Below, piece by piece: positions 60,209-64,000 of a DNA stretch of 64,000 bases. The stretch spans positions 79,260-143,259 of the forward strand of contig JALGVJ010000007.1 in the NCBI GenBank assembly GCA_029838195.1, in the 5' to 3' direction. Made by a program: the position numbers and the translations under genes. Under the pieces are notes generated by a model, which saw nothing but the letters and a program-made list of their open reading frames with translations, did not search any database and was not told the DNA's origin. The stretch is from Promethearchaeota archaeon (GTDB taxonomy: Archaea; Asgardarchaeota; Lokiarchaeia; Sigyniarchaeales; SOKP01). Positions within the stretch are counted from its first letter, which is position 1, and each line of letters opens with the position of its first letter.

Positions 60209-61927
60209 TTACTCGTATAATCGCTTCCAGAAATCTTGGAAATCTTTACGTGCAAAGGTCACGGTTAGATTTGTAGGGCTAACAGGCTCCTCGCGCAAGA
60301 AGGAAGGAAGATCATTATCTCTTTGATGGATTCCAGCTTTTTCATTAAATTCAATCTCTAACTTTAATATTTTTTTTCCGATATTAATGACATCTTCACG
60401 AGTAAGCCTAAGATCGTACATGGCATTAAGCGCCCCCGCAACAATTTTCATAGTTCCCACATCAGGACCAATAAAATAACAGCAGCCCATGGAATCTAAG
60501 ACCGTAGTATATACTTGTAATTCGCATGATAATTCTAATTTATGAGAATTTTCGGTCAAATCTCCATAATCTCGGTCACTATCAGGCACGCGACCTGCAA
60601 TAGCCGCTCCAGCTGTATGGTCTGCTCCTTGGGGGCTGGTTGCATAAGTTACGCTCATTCCTTTGAATACCCGAGGATCATAGCCCGAAATACCTTGTTT
60701 TTTAACGTGAGGAATGCGAGTGATGTTCAATTGACGACCTAATTCATACACCCCATTCCCATACAATTTACCCGTGTCAGAATTTTTTCTAATTTCCTCC
60801 AAGATTTCTAAAGCTCGCTCGTGATCCCCCCACTTTATTTTTCCCGCATCCATGGCTAAGGCAATGGTATCTCCAAATTCAATTGTATCTACACCGATAT
60901 CATCACAGTAATGATCAATCTGAGCTAATGCATCTAAATCATTAATCAAGCAATTAGACCCATTTGCGAAGATGGTTTCATATTCTAAACTCGATGTTAC
61001 GTGATTTCCTTTCTCATCCACGTAATAATTAGAACATTTAATGACACATGTTGGGCTACAAGGAAGCCTTTTTTTCCCGCCCCGATTTATTACAATTTCA
61101 TGAAGTTTTTCTCCCGAGATGTTATTTGCATCTTCATAAGACCCTTTTCTAAAATTTTGAGTAGGTAATCCACCGATTTCACTCATTATACGCACGCCCA
61201 ATGCTGTACCATAAACAGAGAGAGCTTCTTTCGTTTCTGCAAGTTTCTTAGCAAAGGGTTTTATTATTTTCCTAAATTGCTGAAGGTCATGTATCTTAAC
61301 TTGAGACGTTTTAGTAGGAAAAACGACAATGGCTTTCACGTTTTTAGAGCCCATGACGGCACCTATTCCGCCCCGTCCAGCATGTCTGCTTGGAAATCCC
61401 TCAATATCATTTGTGGCTATAGTAGAATTTTTATACATCCATTCTCCCGCAGGTCCAATGGAATAAATTCCAATTTTATCTCCATATTTGTTTTTTAATC
61501 GCTCATGTAATTCATAATTACCCAATCCTGCAAATTTCTCGGCAGATTCCAATTTAATGCTATTATCATTAATTAAGATTAATGTTTTGGAAGAAGCTTT
61601 TCCTTCTAAAACTAAAGCTCGAATACCCAAGCGCGCTAGCATCATCGCAGGTCTCCCGCCAGCATTTGCTTCTTTAATGCCACCTGTTAAAGGACTTTTA
61701 GCTCCAACAGAAGTGCGAGCGGAGTTTGGAAAGGGCGTTCCCGTTAAAAGCCCATTTGCTATTATTAATTTATTTTTTACTCCAAGTGGATCGCAATCCG
61801 GAGGTACTTCTTCTGAAATTATTTTAGAACTTAATCCCCGTGCTCCAAACAAGAAATACTTCGAATTTTTATCAATTTCCTCAAAACGAACCGAAAGAGT
61901 ATTTAAATCAAGCCTTGCAATTTTCAT
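60209..61927 (-). CDS. tungsten aldehyde:ferredoxin oxidoreductase family
   Basis: KSPLTGGIKEANAGG, IGPAGE, AGRGGIGAVMGSK, EYET, YATSPQGADHT and GCC. Confidence 0.93.
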   Translation of the reverse strand: MKIARLDLNTLSVRFEEIDKNSKYFLFGARGLSSKIISEEVPPDCDPLGVKNKLIIANGLLTGTPFPNSARTSVGAKSPLTGGIKEANAGGRPAMMLARLGIRALVLEGKASSKTLILINDNSIKLESAEKFAGLGNYELHERLKNKYGDKIGIYSIGPAGEWMYKNSTIATNDIEGFPSRHAGRGGIGAVMGSKNVKAIVVFPTKTSQVKIHDLQQFRKIIKPFAKKLAETKEALSVYGTALGVRIMSEIGGLPTQNFRKGSYEDANNISGEKLHEIVINRGGKKRLPCSPTCVIKCSNYYVDEKGNHVTSSLEYETIFANGSNCLINDLDALAQIDHYCDDIGVDTIEFGDTIALAMDAGKIKWGDHERALEILEEIRKNSDTGKLYGNGVYELGRQLNITRIPHVKKQGISGYDPRVFKGMSVTYATSPQGADHTAGAAIAGRVPDSDRDYGDLTENSHKLELSCELQVYTTVLDSMGCCYFIGPDVGTMKIVAGALNAMYDLRLTREDVINIGKKILKLEIEFNEKAGIHQRDNDLPSFLREEPVSPTNLTVTFARKDFQDFWKRLYE

Positions 61928-62139
61928 GTTAATTTAAATAATGGAAGATGTTTTTTTATTTTTACTCCGTCTTTCTGCTATTTTTTCACATGCTCGTTAA
62001 AGTGAAGAAGAAATAAAACTTTCGACTCGAAAAAACCCATTCAATTGTTGAGAAGTCTTAAATACGATATCGCAAAATTACTCCATTTTAGGAGATGTTA
62101 AAAGGAAGATGAAAGAAAAGAAAATGTGGAAAAAAATAA

Positions 62140-62655
62140 TTAAAATTTGTCGTGATGAACAATTTGTTCTAATGGAATGCGATCTTGAACTTCTCCCTTT
62201 TTCTTTTTCGGATATCCAACAGGAGTTAATCCGACCACGCGATATTTTTCCGGAATTTCCAATATTTTTTTTATTTTTTTCTCATTGAACCAGCCAATCC
62301 AGCATGTTCCTAAGCCTTCTGCAGTTGCGGCTAAAATAAGATGTTCAAAACAGATTCCAAAATCCACGGTAAAATATTTTATTCCATTCCCTCCCGTGCC
62401 CGAATCTTTTTCTGAGATAACTCCCACGATAAAAATTGGAGCGTCTGAAAATTTCCCGATTTGGCCTGTAGCTTTTCTAACTGCTTTTACTTTTTCGGGA
62501 TCTTTTACTACTATATAGTGAACGCCTTGTTTATTAGCCCATGTCGGAGCAAGCCGTGCCGCTTCTAAAATTCGATGAATACTCTCTTCCGGTGGCATAT
62601 CAGGAAGGTATTTCCTATAACTTCTTCTAGTTCTAATTACTTCATAAAAATCCAT
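62140..62655 (-). CDS. nitroreductase family protein
   Basis: RRSYRKY, APTWANKQ, LAATAEGLGTCWIG and VGYP. Confidence 0.9.
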   Translation of the reverse strand: MDFYEVIRTRRSYRKYLPDMPPEESIHRILEAARLAPTWANKQGVHYIVVKDPEKVKAVRKATGQIGKFSDAPIFIVGVISEKDSGTGGNGIKYFTVDFGICFEHLILAATAEGLGTCWIGWFNEKKIKKILEIPEKYRVVGLTPVGYPKKKKGEVQDRIPLEQIVHHDKF

Positions 62656-62882
62656 GGCCTTCTTACCTTTTACAATTAAATGGTTGATTTCGAGGAATTT
62701 ATAGTTAATTTAAAATATTCTTGAAAAACATTTCCTCATGTTAATTAAATTATTTTTCGTTTTTATACGCTTTTCCTAAAATTATTAAAAAAATCAGAAT
62801 AAAGTAGGAAAAGATATAAATACGAGAGATGGATCTTCTAGTGTTAAATCTCTTTTAATAATAACCTTTTTTTTCATCCAAC

Positions 62883-63815
62883 ATGAATTTATATCAACAA
62901 GTAAATGTAAAATATGATAAAGATTTCCAAACGGAGGATTTCTCCCACTTTTGTTGTTGCGATAATCAGATCATTGAATCAAGGAATGGTAATAAAGTAT
63001 GCTTGAACTGTGGAATGATCTTCGAACGGATTTACGTGGGAAATGAAAGAAGAGCCTATACATTCGAAGAAATTTCAAATAGACGGCGAACGGAACCACG
63101 ATGGAGAAACTTCGGTCCCAGAACCTTACTCCCCATTACGAATAAAGATTCTAAAGGTAATTCCATTGCCCCGCAAGAGAAAGCGCTATTTTTGAGATTA
63201 TCGAAAATCCAAAACTCCTTAATTTCAAGTATTGAGAGGAATTTTTGGGAAGCCAAACCGAAATTGACCATGTTATCTTCGAAGTTAAATATACCAGATT
63301 ATATCGTGGAAACTGCTTGGAAGATCTACAAGATTGTAGCTAAAAAAAAGCTAACCATGGGAAGGTCTATAGATGGATTTATAGCGGGGTCGTTATATGT
63401 GGCAATTCGGGTTCACGAGTTCCCTCGTTTATTAGATGAAATTTGCGATACCGCATTAATTCCTCGAAGAACAGTCATCCAAAGTTTAGGAATGATTATT
63501 AGAGAAATTCTACCAGCTTTAGGATTAAAATATTCTCCCATTACTGTTGAATCCTTGATATACCGATTTGGAAATGAATTATCTCTTCCCATGAGCATTC
63601 AAAAGAAAGCCATTAATCTTTATTTAATTGCATCTAAAAAGGGCTTAGAGAAAGCGGGTAAAGATCCCAAAGGATTAGCTGCGGCTTGTATTTATATTGC
63701 GAGTAAAGATTCTTCCATCAAAAAGACACAATCCTTTATTGCTACAACTGCAAAAATCACGGAAGTCACGCTAAGAAGCAGGACCAAGCAAATAAGAGAG
63801 ACTTTAACGTGCTAA
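62883..63815 (+). CDS. tfb: transcription initiation factor TFB/TFIIB paralogue
   Basis: Zn ribbon VCLNCG and two cyclin repeats (GRSIDG, PRLLDEI, GKDPKGLAAACIY, ITEVTLRSR). Confidence 0.93.
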   Translation: MNLYQQVNVKYDKDFQTEDFSHFCCCDNQIIESRNGNKVCLNCGMIFERIYVGNERRAYTFEEISNRRRTEPRWRNFGPRTLLPITNKDSKGNSIAPQEKALFLRLSKIQNSLISSIERNFWEAKPKLTMLSSKLNIPDYIVETAWKIYKIVAKKKLTMGRSIDGFIAGSLYVAIRVHEFPRLLDEICDTALIPRRTVIQSLGMIIREILPALGLKYSPITVESLIYRFGNELSLPMSIQKKAINLYLIASKKGLEKAGKDPKGLAAACIYIASKDSSIKKTQSFIATTAKITEVTLRSRTKQIRETLTC

Positions 63816-64000
63816 GATTCAATAAAAATAAGATTTCATTTATTTTCATGAAATAAATAATGGATAAAAAAGAGATTGGTATCAACTGAGGGTATTTTTA
63901 AGTTTATAATTTAGCTTGGTTTTTAAATTTTTTAGCTTTAAGGGCGACAAAAATCGAGATTATAGCAATCGCAGTTTTGTCGGTTCTCGCTTGTAATCCG

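Noticed and set aside
1092-63598. Numerous short ORFs antisense to or nested in long genes (e.g. 2744..3136, 49300..49644, 61557..61937)
   Set aside because: They are shadow ORFs of well-supported genes with no independent coding evidence.
63945-63982. Hairpin CGACAAAA...TTTTGTCG as an ncRNA or terminator
   Set aside because: It lies at the window edge and may be the 3' end of a minus-strand ORF; there is too little context.

Overview
Low-GC archaeal chromosomal window, most likely from an Asgard archaeon (Lokiarchaeia-like). The basis is a divergent actin homologue, a TFB paralogue, a SAMP/E1-like pair, tungsten AOR, a PAS histidine kinase and a HEAT-repeat protein; this assignment is an inference. 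From left to right it holds: glycoside hydrolases (GH78, GH20, GH106) and a PiT/DUF47 phosphate locus; a type IA topoisomerase with a Top3beta-like Zn-finger tail; an ~11.5 kb peptide/D-amino-acid catabolic block bracketed by direct copies of a small gene's 3' end; an actin-related gene; a coiled-coil/proline-rich/WH2-like protein about 6 kb from the actin; a 3x49 bp intergenic tandem repeat; an MgtE/TrkA-C locus; a sulfur-relay, cysteine and Fe-S supercluster; GlcD/CCG oxidoreductase, AOR, nitroreductase and TFB. The main candidates for new biology are: (1) a possible actin-regulatory system of an ARP-like actin plus a WASP/VASP-like proline-rich protein; (2) apparent ATT start codons in iscU and nfo; (3) a Top3beta-like topoisomerase; (4) an integrase-less island with its own candidate TetR operators. 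No rRNA, tRNA, CRISPR array or transposase was recognised. All family calls come from motif recognition by eye, not from database searches.
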